From assembly GCA_963558405.1 (NCBI GenBank), contig CAUWGC010000012.1, positions 1 to 60,661 on the forward strand: a stretch of DNA of 60,661 bases, in the 5' to 3' direction. Shown here in pieces: positions 43,813-53,329 of the stretch (position 1 is its first letter; each line of letters starts with the position of its first letter). The position numbers were made by a program, and so were the translations under genes. Under the pieces are notes generated by a model. It saw only the letters and a program-made list of their open reading frames with translations. It was not told the origin of the DNA and searched no databases. The stretch comes from an uncultured Clostridia bacterium. GTDB taxonomy: Bacteria > Bacillota > Clostridia > TANB77 > CAG-508.

Positions 43813-44394
43813 TTATACACCTACTGTTGCATTTTTTTCATATACTTTGGTAAAGAATGTATCATATACATCTTGATTTGTTTCATTAGGCTCTATATAT
43901 GCTTTTATTGCTTTGTCTGTGCTTCTTGGAGACATAGTAATTGTCATTGTTTCTTCTCCTGCTTCAAGTGTTTCTTGTTGTGTATTATTTTCTCTGCTAG
44001 GTCTTGTTGCAGTACAGTCGAAGAATACCCATCTTCTTGCTTTTTCGTCTCCTTTTCCTTCAAACATTAAAGCAAATCTTGCTTGCTTATCGTCTGCGGT
44101 TTCAAATATAGCTCCATTTGTATCTTTAGTTTGTCCTAATATTTGTGTCAAAAATTCCTCTGGAGTTATTAGGAGAACTAAGTCTCCTTCGTAGCCTTGG
44201 TTTGAATTAGCAATGTAATACACAACATTGTCTGCATAAATTTTTGTCGTTTCGCCTTGTGGATTCATATTTAAACCTCTAGCACCCTTTACTGGAAAAG
44301 GTTCTCCATATGTGATTTCTCCGTTAACTTCTGTAATCTTAGATATATAACATTTTTCTATACCATATAGTATTTTGTTATTTGTTTCTGACAT
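43813..44394 (-). CDS. major tail protein (phi13-like)
   Basis: YADNVVY...GYEGDL...FALMFE...CTATRP motifs. Confidence 0.88.
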   Translation of the reverse strand: MSETNNKILYGIEKCYISKITEVNGEITYGEPFPVKGARGLNMNPQGETTKIYADNVVYYIANSNQGYEGDLVLLITPEEFLTQILGQTKDTNGAIFETADDKQARFALMFEGKGDEKARRWVFFDCTATRPSRENNTQQETLEAGEETMTITMSPRSTDKAIKAYIEPNETNQDVYDTFFTKVYEKNATVGV

Positions 44395-44415
44395 TTTTCT
44401 TCTTCCTTTCTTTCT

Positions 44416-44727
44416 TTAAATTTCAAAAAAATAACTTACTTGCCAAACATCTTCGTCTTGCAAATAAGTTTCATCTGTTTTATTCCAAGGTATATCCCCT
44501 AGAATTTCTTTTTCTATTTTGTTTTGTTCCTCTAAGTTTTTATCTATATATGTATAATCTAATTTAATCGGTGTTTTACTATAAAAGACTTTATTATCAG
44601 CCATAAAATTATTAGTACTAACTGTTATAGCAACTAAATGAGGAGGCTCTGTTGGCGTTTTAAATTTACCATAGGCATATTTAAAGCCTGCATCTTCACA
44701 ACGTGTTTTTAGTTCTTGTAATGTCAT
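44416..44727 (-). CDS. tail terminator/completion protein
   Basis: position; 'NFMADNKVF' motif. Confidence 0.65.
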   Translation of the reverse strand: MTLQELKTRCEDAGFKYAYGKFKTPTEPPHLVAITVSTNNFMADNKVFYSKTPIKLDYTYIDKNLEEQNKIEKEILGDIPWNKTDETYLQDEDVWQVSYFFEI

Positions 44728-45113
44728 TTAATACCTCCTATTTTTTTCTTCAATTCTTGTTCAAATTCTTTCTTGTACTTTTCTTCAGTTGGCCTTATAT
44801 GTGGCTGTGGTTTAGTCCTTCCTCCATTTCTAGTAGCATGTCCAAACTCCAACAAATGAGTTAATTGATAGTCTGTTTTATTGTGAATTTCTATTGAATA
44901 TTTATTTTTTCCTAGTTTATCTTTTTTTAATCTCCAACCTTTACAATATTCTTTTCTTGCTCCTTTTGGAGATATTTGTTTGAGTTCTGCAACTGCCTTT
45001 TTTCCCACACTGTTTGCAGTTTCTTCAACTTCTTCATCAATATCTTCTTTATAATCTTGCAAATATTTCATCAGTTCTTTACTTAATAAATTAACCTCTA
45101 TTGATTTAGACAT
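44724..45113 (-). CDS. HK97 gp10-like tail completion protein
   Basis: LTHLLEFGHATRNGGR...PHIRP motif. Confidence 0.85.
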   Translation of the reverse strand: MSKSIEVNLLSKELMKYLQDYKEDIDEEVEETANSVGKKAVAELKQISPKGARKEYCKGWRLKKDKLGKNKYSIEIHNKTDYQLTHLLEFGHATRNGGRTKPQPHIRPTEEKYKKEFEQELKKKIGGIK

Positions 45114-45414
45114 TCTTTACTTTCCTTTCACAAATCAAAACTACTTCATCTGCATATGGTTCACTTGTTCTTATTATTGAATAAGTAGTTCCCATATAGA
45201 TGAGTTCTTCCTCATTGTTATAATTTAAAGCACTTATACGAAGTCTTAAGGTTGGTTTGTATCCTTGCTGATTAGCCTCATAAAATTCACTTGCATAGAC
45301 ATCTTCTACTTTTATTATTGGAATTTCTATTTCTTTAGTTCCTGTTGGATTTTGTACACCTATATCGTTTGATTTATAAGTGGCAGATATTAACTTACAG
45401 CTTACTTCACGCAT
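45106..45414 (-). CDS. head closure (head-tail adaptor) protein
   Basis: SEFYEANQQGYKP...YSIIRT; likely start MREVSC. Confidence 0.75.
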   Translation of the reverse strand: MREVSCKLISATYKSNDIGVQNPTGTKEIEIPIIKVEDVYASEFYEANQQGYKPTLRLRISALNYNNEEELIYMGTTYSIIRTSEPYADEVVLICERKVKNV

Positions 45415-45706
45415 TAGTGTCCACCACCTTGTAATCTTCACTTAAACTTAAATTATTACAAAGAAGACTATATGTTCTTTGTGCCAACTCTTTTTCTTTA
45501 ATATCCACATTACCAAAATTTGCTTTTACAAACATAACAATAGCAGATTGTATTAGACTATCTTGCGTATTCTCTGTTGCTACAATTCCTTGTCTGTTCA
45601 AATCTGCTATTCCTGCTTGTATTAGCATTTTTATTTCTTCATCTTTTAAAGTTGATGTTTCCACAATGCTTAAACATTGCTTAACAATTTTCAACAATTT
45701 TTCCAT
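45407..45706 (-). CDS. head-tail connector (gp6-like)
   Basis: DEEI..LI.AG..DL...G and AI.MFVKANFG motifs. Confidence 0.75.
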   Translation of the reverse strand: MEKLLKIVKQCLSIVETSTLKDEEIKMLIQAGIADLNRQGIVATENTQDSLIQSAIVMFVKANFGNVDIKEKELAQRTYSLLCNNLSLSEDYKVVDTNA

Positions 45707-45723
45707 ACAGTCCTCCTTTTACA

Positions 45724-47182
45724 TTATACGCCTACTTCTGCTATTTCTATTTGAGCAGTTGCTTCTTTTGTTTTTTGTTTACTATCTGTTACAATAACAG
45801 TTATATTTTTATTTCCACCTGTTGCAATTTCTGTATTAGCTTGTACTTCTGTACCACTTATCTTAAACTCAGCATTGTCACCAGTACTATCTTTTAATTT
45901 ATAAGAATAAGGGGCTGTTCCTCCTGTTGTAGTTAAATCAGCAACTTTTGTATCAGCTGAAACTGGTGCTTTTAATTCCTCAACCGGTGTGATTGTTAAT
46001 TGTGTAATTTCTGGATCTATTCCGTTTTTTTTTTTCTAGTAAAACAAATGCTTCTTTGTTTACAGTCTTGCCATCAACTAATGCCATTCCTCTGTATACT
46101 CTGTTTCCACTTCTAAATTCAGCAGAATCATCAGCTGTAACATTAATTGGTTCATTCCAATTTAAAGTATATTTGTTAAATAATCCATAAAGAATTTTTC
46201 CCTCTGGGATATACTCATCTTCTATTACTGGTTTTCCAAAAATTCTTCCAGAATATTCTCCTGTTGGGTCTGGAACAAATACTAATTTATCTCCAACAGT
46301 TATTGTTGCTAAATCTTTCCATAATGTTTGAGTATTAACAACAAATGCAGAACCTCTTTTATATCCAGCTTTTAAATTAGCCATTATATTACAGATATCT
46401 GCATAAGATATTTTTCCTACAGCTTCACTTTGAACTGTTGTTATTGTTTCCTTTAAAATACCTTTAGGTTGACCACTACCTGTTCCATTTAAAATAGCAT
46501 TTTCAATAGCTATAGCCATCCTTTCAGTTAATTTCTTTACAATCCATGTTTCAAATGCTGAAATAGTCATTTTAGAAACTTCTGCTGTTATAGATATAGT
46601 TCTAATTAGTTTATAAGCTGCAAAACTGACTGCTGTTAATTTATCATTTACATCAGTAGATGCAGTATTTTCTGCAACCCAACTAGCATCATTAACAGTA
46701 TCTTCTACAGGAATTGACAAATAACCTGGAATATTTAAAACATCCACTAAATTATATAAAGCTGATGTTTGTCTTAGATTTTCCTCTATTCTATTTAATG
46801 TAGTTGTAGGTATAGCTGATCCAACTGAACCTATAGCAGTTGTCATAGCCCTTTTTTCTTTTGCATTTAGTTCTTTTCCTTGTAATTTTTTGAAGAACGC
46901 ACTTCTATATTCTTCAGTTTCTAGTATGTTTTCTTCAACTTCTTCTTTTTCTTCTTTTCTTTTTTCAACATTTGCACTATTAATATTTCTTTTTTCTAAA
47001 TTATCAATAGCATCTTTTAATAGACTTCTTTCATCTATTGAATTGTCTTCTTCAACAATTTCTGCTGATTTTAACACTTCCATTTCCTTTCTAATTTCTT
47101 CAAGTTCTTCATCTTTAGCTCTTGAAAGCTTTTCTTTTAATTTGTTTTTTCTTTCTTCATATTCTTTTCTTGTTAATTTCAT
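45724..47182 (-). CDS. HK97-fold major capsid protein (400 aa in frame 0) with a +1 frameshift at CGG 46022-46024 adding a ~99-aa Ig/cadherin-like C-terminal domain (485 aa)
   Basis: MCP motifs (W.AE, ILNGTGSGQPKGIL, DGK...EAF); AAA AAA C GGA ATA opens GIDPEIT...GGTAPYSY...FKISGTEV...ITVIVTDS...GV*. Confidence 0.85.
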
Positions 47183-47203
47183 AATTTTTCTCCCTTCTAA
47201 TTT

Positions 47204-47282
47204 TTATTGCTTCTACCAGCTATATATTTAATTCCTATTTGTTTCTACCAACAAAAAAGAAACAGTTCTACCACCGCTTCTT
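47204..47282 (-). promoter_or_regulatory. three stem-loops with identical GGUAGA loops in the MCP leader
   Basis: TTCTACCA on + strand at 47211, 47243 and 47266, each flanked by complementary arms. Confidence 0.6.
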
Positions 47283-47291
47283 GTTTCAGAA

Positions 47292-47861
47292 TTATAAACT
47301 TAACATATCAATTTCTAAATTTAATTTTTTCCTTTTTTCTTCTAAATATTTCTTTTTTTCTTCCATATAATCTTCTTTTTTTCTAGCAAATATCTCTGTA
47401 CTTTCATAAGCAGGCATATCAACTACTGATACATCAAACAGTTTATCTATACCTGTTATTCTTCTAATATCATTGTCATAATCCCATTCTGCTTTCTTTA
47501 CAGAAAATGCAAAACTCATTTTATCTAATAATCCAGCTTGAATCATTTTATATATATCTTTATTTTGAGTTGTATCTAATAATTTTGCTCTTATCTTTAA
47601 TCCTGTATCATCAACGCTTAATTCTAAACTTTGATTTCTTGTTCTTGCTAAAATAAGAAAGTTATCTTCGTGGTTGTATTTCATACAAACATCTTTCATA
47701 TCACAGTCATTAAAAGCATTTCTATCAATTATTTCTGTATACCAGCTAATCTTTGCTGCCTTGTTAAAAACAGCAGCATATCCTTCAACAATCATTTCTT
47801 TTGAATCATTGTCTAGTGCTCTTAATTCACTTATTCTTACTTCTTTAATTGCTTTCTCCAT
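47292..47861 (-). CDS. HK97-family prohead protease
   Basis: GYAAVF, NHE, MSFAF and DVSVVDMPAY motifs; likely start MEKAIKE. Confidence 0.9.
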   Translation of the reverse strand: MEKAIKEVRISELRALDNDSKEMIVEGYAAVFNKAAKISWYTEIIDRNAFNDCDMKDVCMKYNHEDNFLILARTRNQSLELSVDDTGLKIRAKLLDTTQNKDIYKMIQAGLLDKMSFAFSVKKAEWDYDNDIRRITGIDKLFDVSVVDMPAYESTEIFARKKEDYMEEKKKYLEEKRKKLNLEIDMLSL

Positions 47862-49059
47862 TATTTTTTCCTCCTTGATAATCATTTGCAATTTTACTAT
47901 CTATGTTATTTAATGATTGAATAATTTTCTCTCCTTCTTCTCCTCCCCATGGTGTAAAGTCAATTATTTCTCTTCCTTCATCTTTCTTTAACATTCCTAA
48001 TTGCCCTGCTGTTTGTAGTAACTTAATTTTATCTTGTAAACTAGCATATTGTAATCTATTTGCTGTAAAAATAATTCTATGACCTTCTTTTATTGCTTTT
48101 TTATTAAAAATATTAACAGTAAAAGCATCACTCATCTGAATTGCTAAAGGTTCAATTACACTTTCATAAAAAGCATTCCATTCTTCTGGTGAAAAATCAC
48201 TTCTCACTATTTTTTCTGAAACTCTAAAATAATTGAAAATATTGTGATTAACTTGCTCTAATTGATCTTTATCTAAAGTAATTGGTTTTAAATTTAATTC
48301 TTTAAATTCTGATTTAGCATCCAATGCAGCTATTCCACTTCCATTTCCCATCTCTATAAAATCTTTAACAAAGTTATCTCTGCTAGTTTTTATATCTTTA
48401 TCTTTCAACATTGCATTTGTATGTTTTATGATTCCTCGTAAATTATTTGTTAATTTAATCGCATTTCTTAGCCCTTCGTTTGCTGTATTTGCTGTTTCTA
48501 TTGGACTATTTAAAATTTTATTATTCTCTCCAAATATGTCGTGCCTATTATAGAATCTTTTTATATGTATTAAGTCTGTGTACAATAATGAATATGTTTG
48601 TCCATTAATAAATCTAAATTGTAATACTGGTAATCCTGTTTCTGTTTCATATAAATCATATTGAGTTGCTAATATTGGAAACAGTCCTACTATCATTCCA
48701 TTCTTATCATATTGTTTATATATAAATGTGTTATTGTCAGTATATAATAAAGAGACGATTCTATATATAAAATCATATTTGGTCATAATAGGATTTGGCT
48801 TAAATTCAAGTAAATAATTTATATCTCCTTGTATATGATTTGATATAGAATTTTGAATATGTTTTGGAACTAGCTTAGCTGCATGAGTTGCAATTGTGTC
48901 TATACATTCCCTTGCTATATTACTATCATATATATTATTTCCAACTGTAGTAAATTCAGAATCATATGAATTAAACATTTTAAATTGCTCTTCTATGATT
49001 TTTTCTTGTTTTTTATTTCCAAAAACCATATCAAATAAGCTTCTTTTTTCTTTCTTCAT
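47845..49059 (-). CDS. portal protein (HK97 family)
   Basis: PNPIMT and IHIK motifs; directly after terL. Confidence 0.9.
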   Translation of the reverse strand: MKKEKRSLFDMVFGNKKQEKIIEEQFKMFNSYDSEFTTVGNNIYDSNIARECIDTIATHAAKLVPKHIQNSISNHIQGDINYLLEFKPNPIMTKYDFIYRIVSLLYTDNNTFIYKQYDKNGMIVGLFPILATQYDLYETETGLPVLQFRFINGQTYSLLYTDLIHIKRFYNRHDIFGENNKILNSPIETANTANEGLRNAIKLTNNLRGIIKHTNAMLKDKDIKTSRDNFVKDFIEMGNGSGIAALDAKSEFKELNLKPITLDKDQLEQVNHNIFNYFRVSEKIVRSDFSPEEWNAFYESVIEPLAIQMSDAFTVNIFNKKAIKEGHRIIFTANRLQYASLQDKIKLLQTAGQLGMLKKDEGREIIDFTPWGGEEGEKIIQSLNNIDSKIANDYQGGKNNGESN

Positions 49060-49060
49060 T

Positions 49061-50764
49061 TCACTCCTCCTGCAACACTAAATAATCTTGCATTTTTTCA
49101 AATAAAATACAGTAAGCTATAATTAAGCTTACTGTTCCATCAATTCTTGCTCTTTGTTTCTGTCCTTTTATAGGTCTTATATTATCATTTTCATCCCTCT
49201 TTACGGCAGTATTACACAAACACCACTTTAAAACTGGGTTATTATTATAATTTATATTCTTTTCTATTAAGTCAGCTTCTAGCAGTTTCATAGGATTACT
49301 CATTGTTTTTGCACCCTGTCTTACTTCAATCATTTCAAATCCTTGTTCTTTCATTTCCTCTACCCAATACTGTGTATTCCATGGATCATATCCAATCCAT
49401 AGTGCAGATATATTATATTCATTGTGCATTTTCAAAAACCATTGTGTAACATCTGTATAATTTACCTTTGCACCTTCACAAATTGTTACTAATCCTCTCT
49501 TTTCCCATTTATCGTATGGAATTTTATCGTCTTTTATTTTAAACTCTAGTCTTTCACTTGGAATAAAGTATTGTTGTATTATAAATTTTTTATTGTGTTT
49601 TATTATCAACAAAGTTGCACAAGTTAAATCTGTTGTACTTGAAAGGTCCACTCCTCCTATAGCATATGTATCAAATAAATCTTCTATATTATAAGTTTCT
49701 TCATTATTAGCAATATCAAATGTAAGCCATTTATCTTGGTCATTTTGTCTTATATTAAAATCCTTGCATAATAAATTTGTTAACTCAGTTGGATTATTTT
49801 TTGCTCTATTTACTTTATCTCGCAAGTCTTTTATGTTTTTTATTGTTCCAAGTCCTGGATTTGCTTTATACCATTTTTTCTCATCTTGCCATTCATTTGG
49901 ATTGTCAAGTTCATATATTATTGGAAGTACAGTCTCATCTACTATTCCTCCCTCTAGGCCTTCATATCCGTCTATAATTGAACTTGCATATTCATATTCA
50001 TTGTCAAAAACTGATTCTCTCACCATACCCATTGTAGAAGATTCTATAAGTAGAGGTTCTTCTCTAGCACTCATGGAATCATAAATAACATCTAATAAGT
50101 TTTTATCTTTCCATGCATGAATTTCATCTGCTAAAGCACAAAATGTATTTAAACCATCTAAAGAATTGCTATCACTAGCTAAAGCTTTAAAAAAGCTTTC
50201 TGTTTTTTCATAAAATAAACCATTAACTAAGCATTTAACTCTTTTTGCAAGACTAGGACTCTTTTTTACCATTCTTTTAGCTTCTTCCCATACTATTTTA
50301 GCCTGGTCCTTTTTAGTAGCCACAGAATAAACTTCTGCTCCTCCTTCTCCTGCAGATGTAAGCATATAATTTCCAATTCCTGCATCTTCTGTTGATTTAC
50401 CATTTTTTCTTGCTTCAAACCACATTGCTTTTTTATATTTTCTTAATCTTGTATCTTTATCAACAAAACCAAATAGAGCTTGGATTTTTGCTTTTTGAAA
50501 TAGTTCTAAAATTACTGGTTTTCCTGCCCATTTTCCTTTTGAATGTTTACAAAATTTTTCTATATATTCAATTGGTCTATTTGCTTTTTCCAAATCAAAT
50601 ACATATGTATGAGTTTCTTCTTCTTCTGTTATTTCATTATAAAAAGAAACTTGTTTAGGATTATATAAATCTTGCACAAGTTTCTTATATGTAACTAATA
50701 TTTTTCTACATGCTTTATCTGGATTTTTAAGTAAAAACTGATAATATTCTTCTATGTATGTCAT
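49061..50764 (-). CDS. terL: terminase large subunit
   Basis: ARKNGKS Walker A, DEIH, KANPGLG, GVDLS and RIDG motifs. Confidence 0.95.
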   Translation of the reverse strand: MTYIEEYYQFLLKNPDKACRKILVTYKKLVQDLYNPKQVSFYNEITEEEETHTYVFDLEKANRPIEYIEKFCKHSKGKWAGKPVILELFQKAKIQALFGFVDKDTRLRKYKKAMWFEARKNGKSTEDAGIGNYMLTSAGEGGAEVYSVATKKDQAKIVWEEAKRMVKKSPSLAKRVKCLVNGLFYEKTESFFKALASDSNSLDGLNTFCALADEIHAWKDKNLLDVIYDSMSAREEPLLIESSTMGMVRESVFDNEYEYASSIIDGYEGLEGGIVDETVLPIIYELDNPNEWQDEKKWYKANPGLGTIKNIKDLRDKVNRAKNNPTELTNLLCKDFNIRQNDQDKWLTFDIANNEETYNIEDLFDTYAIGGVDLSSTTDLTCATLLIIKHNKKFIIQQYFIPSERLEFKIKDDKIPYDKWEKRGLVTICEGAKVNYTDVTQWFLKMHNEYNISALWIGYDPWNTQYWVEEMKEQGFEMIEVRQGAKTMSNPMKLLEADLIEKNINYNNNPVLKWCLCNTAVKRDENDNIRPIKGQKQRARIDGTVSLIIAYCILFEKMQDYLVLQEE

Positions 50765-51162
50765 AATGCACCATTGAATCGTTCAAATTCATCATCCTCA
50801 TCAATTTTCTTTTCTTCAGGTAACATATCATTTAACTGTTTTACTATGTTCATATAATTCTTTACCATTGTATTATATGTTTTACTTTCTATAGACTCTT
50901 TAAAACCAAATTGATCTTTACCATTTACGTAAGTTTCTTTTACTCCATAAAGTTTTATATCTTCCTTAAGTTCATCAAGAGTTATAGACATAAAAGAAGC
51001 ATTTTCAATTAACTTTTCTGCCATTTTCTTTTTACTATCTGTTAAATCTTTAAATAATTTTCTTAATTTTTGTGTTTCTTTTCTTATTTTTTTATTTTTG
51101 TCCATAAGTTCTTGTCCACTTATTTTTTCACGCATTTCTGACATTTCTTCTTCCATATCCAC
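50761..51162 (-). CDS. terS: terminase small subunit
   Basis: overlaps terL start; 'L...I..YGV...Y.NG..Q' P27-like motif; GTG start. Confidence 0.75.
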   Translation of the reverse strand: MDMEEEMSEMREKISGQELMDKNKKIRKETQKLRKLFKDLTDSKKKMAEKLIENASFMSITLDELKEDIKLYGVKETYVNGKDQFGFKESIESKTYNTMVKNYMNIVKQLNDMLPEEKKIDEDDEFERFNGAL

Positions 51163-51263
51163 ACCTCCTTATACTACACCCCTCACGTAAAATAACTTAT
51201 GCATTTTTTGAATGCCCTCTCTCCGTTCTCCCTTGTCTGCTTCTTTCGGCTTCTATAGGGGGG

Positions 51264-51677
51264 CTACCAATACCATTCATCTTCAATTTTCTTCATTCGT
51301 GTTTTATTGTATATTCTAAATTCTCCATCTTTGTATATTCTGTTTAGATCCTTTTCAATAATAAGTTTATTAATATACATCATTAAAGTAACTAACTCTG
51401 TATCTTCGTTATATTGAATTAAATAATCTTCACTTTCGATAGTAACTTCTAATTCTTTATAAAAAATATCTTTTTTATTGTTTGTTAACTTTTTTATCTT
51501 CTCTCTGTAATATTCTATCTCTTTTTCCTGTTCTATTATTACTTCTTTATTTTTTACGCTTCTTCCTTTAATTTTATTCTGTACCCTTCTTCTGGCTTGT
51601 TCAAATAATTCATTATCGTTTATCTTTTCCTCAGTTATTTTTTTGTTTATATTTACTGTTATTTCTGGATTACTCAT
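51264..51677 (-). CDS. phage hypothetical protein
   Basis: 137-aa ORF coupled to the upstream gene. Confidence 0.55.
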   Translation of the reverse strand: MSNPEITVNINKKITEEKINDNELFEQARRRVQNKIKGRSVKNKEVIIEQEKEIEYYREKIKKLTNNKKDIFYKELEVTIESEDYLIQYNEDTELVTLMMYINKLIIEKDLNRIYKDGEFRIYNKTRMKKIEDEWYW

Positions 51678-51885
51678 ACTTATATGCTCCTCTCATCTTA
51701 TTAATTATCATCTTAATAAAGTTTAATAATGTTTTCTTTGCGTATTTATATTTAGATGTATTTGTACAGCCATAATTATCTTCATAACATATAGCACAAT
51801 TCTTTTTATTGCATTCTTTATTTTTATTAACATCACAACTATATAACCTTAGCCATACATCTATATACTTTCTACTTAGTCTCAT
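51670..51885 (-). CDS. phage hypothetical Cys-rich protein
   Basis: 71-aa ORF overlapping the HNH stop. Confidence 0.5.
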   Translation of the reverse strand: MRLSRKYIDVWLRLYSCDVNKNKECNKKNCAICYEDNYGCTNTSKYKYAKKTLLNFIKMIINKMRGAYKYE

Positions 51886-52188
51886 TTCTTATCAAATCTC
51901 CATTCTCATCAAAACTGTATTCTACTTTATTACCAAAGTGTTCTCCGATTATGGCACTTCTTGCAAAGGCTTTCTGTATTATCTATATTAAAGAATATAT
52001 TATCATCTTCATAATTCTTTTCCGTAACATATTCTTTGTGGTGCACAAAATAAGCTGGTACATATAACCCGCTTCTTCAAACATCTCTCACATAATCCAT
52101 TTGTTAATAATAGTTTTTCTTTTCTTAATTTCTGCCATCTTTTACTTTTATATTTGGCTGCAATTAACGGATTATCTCTATATGTCAT
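51872..52188 (-). CDS. terminase-associated HNH endonuclease with two +1 frameshifts at CGG (52069-52071 and 51945-51947); 104 aa if joined
   Basis: manual translation: YKSKRWQKLR...GLCERCLKK[CGGG]LYVPAYFVHHKEY...NTESLCKKCHN[CGGA]EHFGNKVEYSFDENGDLI; absent from the ORF track. Confidence 0.85.
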
Positions 52189-52403
52189 TATTCTTTCTTC
52201 TTTCTAGTTTTCTTTACTGCTGTTTCTGTTTTTACTTTTTTAGTTGCAGTTTCTATAACTTCTTCTGCATATCTTTCTCCATTTGCTCTTTTTGCAGATA
52301 ATATTTCATCTGCTCTTGCATCTTCAAACTCTTTTACTTGACCTTTTTTGTATTCTTCTTTTGTATACTTATCTGGTACATTTACTAAAAATCTCAGTTT
52401 CAT
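52188..52403 (-). CDS. phage hypothetical protein
   Basis: GGAGG RBS; 71 aa; stop overlaps the HNH start. Confidence 0.6.
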   Translation of the reverse strand: MKLRFLVNVPDKYTKEEYKKGQVKEFEDARADEILSAKRANGERYAEEVIETATKKVKTETAVKKTRKKKE

Positions 52404-52414
52404 TATTATTCCTC

Positions 52415-52594
52415 CTAAAATTTTATATGTTCCTTTTTTCTTTTCTTTTTACATATAAAATCATCACATTTTATTACTGTTGTTGTGCTTATCTGATTAT
52501 CTAACAGCTCTTGATAGGTCTTAACTTTTATTCTATTGTTGCATTTCTCTGCTACACAAGTTTTACAGATTTCTTCTTTGTACAATTCATTCAT
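52415..52594 (-). CDS. 59-aa phage Cys-containing hypothetical protein
   Basis: MNELYKEEICKTC...KCDDFICK...*, read manually. Confidence 0.45.
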   Translation of the reverse strand: MNELYKEEICKTCVAEKCNNRIKVKTYQELLDNQISTTTVIKCDDFICKKKRKKEHIKF

Positions 52595-52630
52595 AATTCT
52601 TCTTCCTTTGCTTTAAAAATGGCAAGAAAA

Positions 52631-52656
52631 AGAGTCTATCGTTTTTGATAGACTCT
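52631..52656 (-). terminator. hairpin downstream of the tRNA
   Basis: agagtctatc-gttttt-gatagactct; T run follows on the minus strand. Confidence 0.65.
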
Positions 52657-52669
52657 ATATATTAATTAT

Positions 52670-52745
52670 TGGTTACGAAGATAAGATTCGAACTTATGAC
52701 CTCTTGGTTATGAGCCAAGCGAGCTGACCTCTGCTCTACTTCGTA
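52670..52745 (-). tRNA. phage-borne tRNA with CAT anticodon (Met, initiator-like)
   Basis: cloverleaf TACGAAG/CTTCGTA acceptor, GAGC/GCTC D-stem, CTTGG-CTCATAA-CCAAG, ATAAG-TTCGAAT-CTTAT, encoded ACCA; 76 nt. Confidence 0.92.
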
Positions 52746-52871
52746 ATGTATAGAAGACTGTTTACACAATCTTCTTGAAAGGACAGAATTTTTTATTACT
52801 TAAACTTTTCCTTGATTATAACTATATCATATTTTTATGGTGTCTTAAAAGGGTAAAAAGGTGTCTTTTTT

Positions 52872-53279
52872 TTAAATTTCTGCATATTTTTTTATTGCTT
52901 TTCGTAATAACTTTTTTGTATATCTATAATCTCTGTCTATTTCTGTAGATACATCTTCTACTTTCATTCCATTAATAAATCTTAATTCTAAAATATTTCT
53001 ATAAGGTTGTTCTACTAATTTTATTTTATTTGTTATTCTTATAAGTTCCGCTTCTTCATTATTCATTATTTCTACATGTTCAGAAACTAATTCTAATAAT
53101 CTAGCTATATTTTTTGCCATTTTATCATTATCTTGACTTCCTTTTGGTAAATCTGATAACACTGTAGTTATCCTTGTTAACTTTGCTTTTATCTCTTCTA
53201 TTTGCTCTAATTTTCTTTCTTCTAGTTTTTTACTATGTAGGTAAGAACATAACTCTTTTCTTGCTTCTCCCTCAGTCAT
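52872..53279 (-). CDS. late-gene transcriptional activator (RinA/ArpU/DUF1492-like)
   Basis: C-terminal sigma4-like HTH 'YRNILELRFINGM..EDV'; position before the packaging module. Confidence 0.75.
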   Translation of the reverse strand: MTEGEARKELCSYLHSKKLEERKLEQIEEIKAKLTRITTVLSDLPKGSQDNDKMAKNIARLLELVSEHVEIMNNEEAELIRITNKIKLVEQPYRNILELRFINGMKVEDVSTEIDRDYRYTKKLLRKAIKKYAEI

Positions 53280-53329
53280 TTCTTCCTCCTTAGATTTTTA
53301 TCTTTTTTTACTTTTTATTGTTATAGTTT

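Noticed and set aside
52670-52745. Phage tRNA as a possible frameshift suppressor or CGG reader
   Set aside because: It has a standard 7-nt anticodon loop CT-CAT-AA, so it cannot explain CGG-N decoding. No such tRNA was seen in this window.
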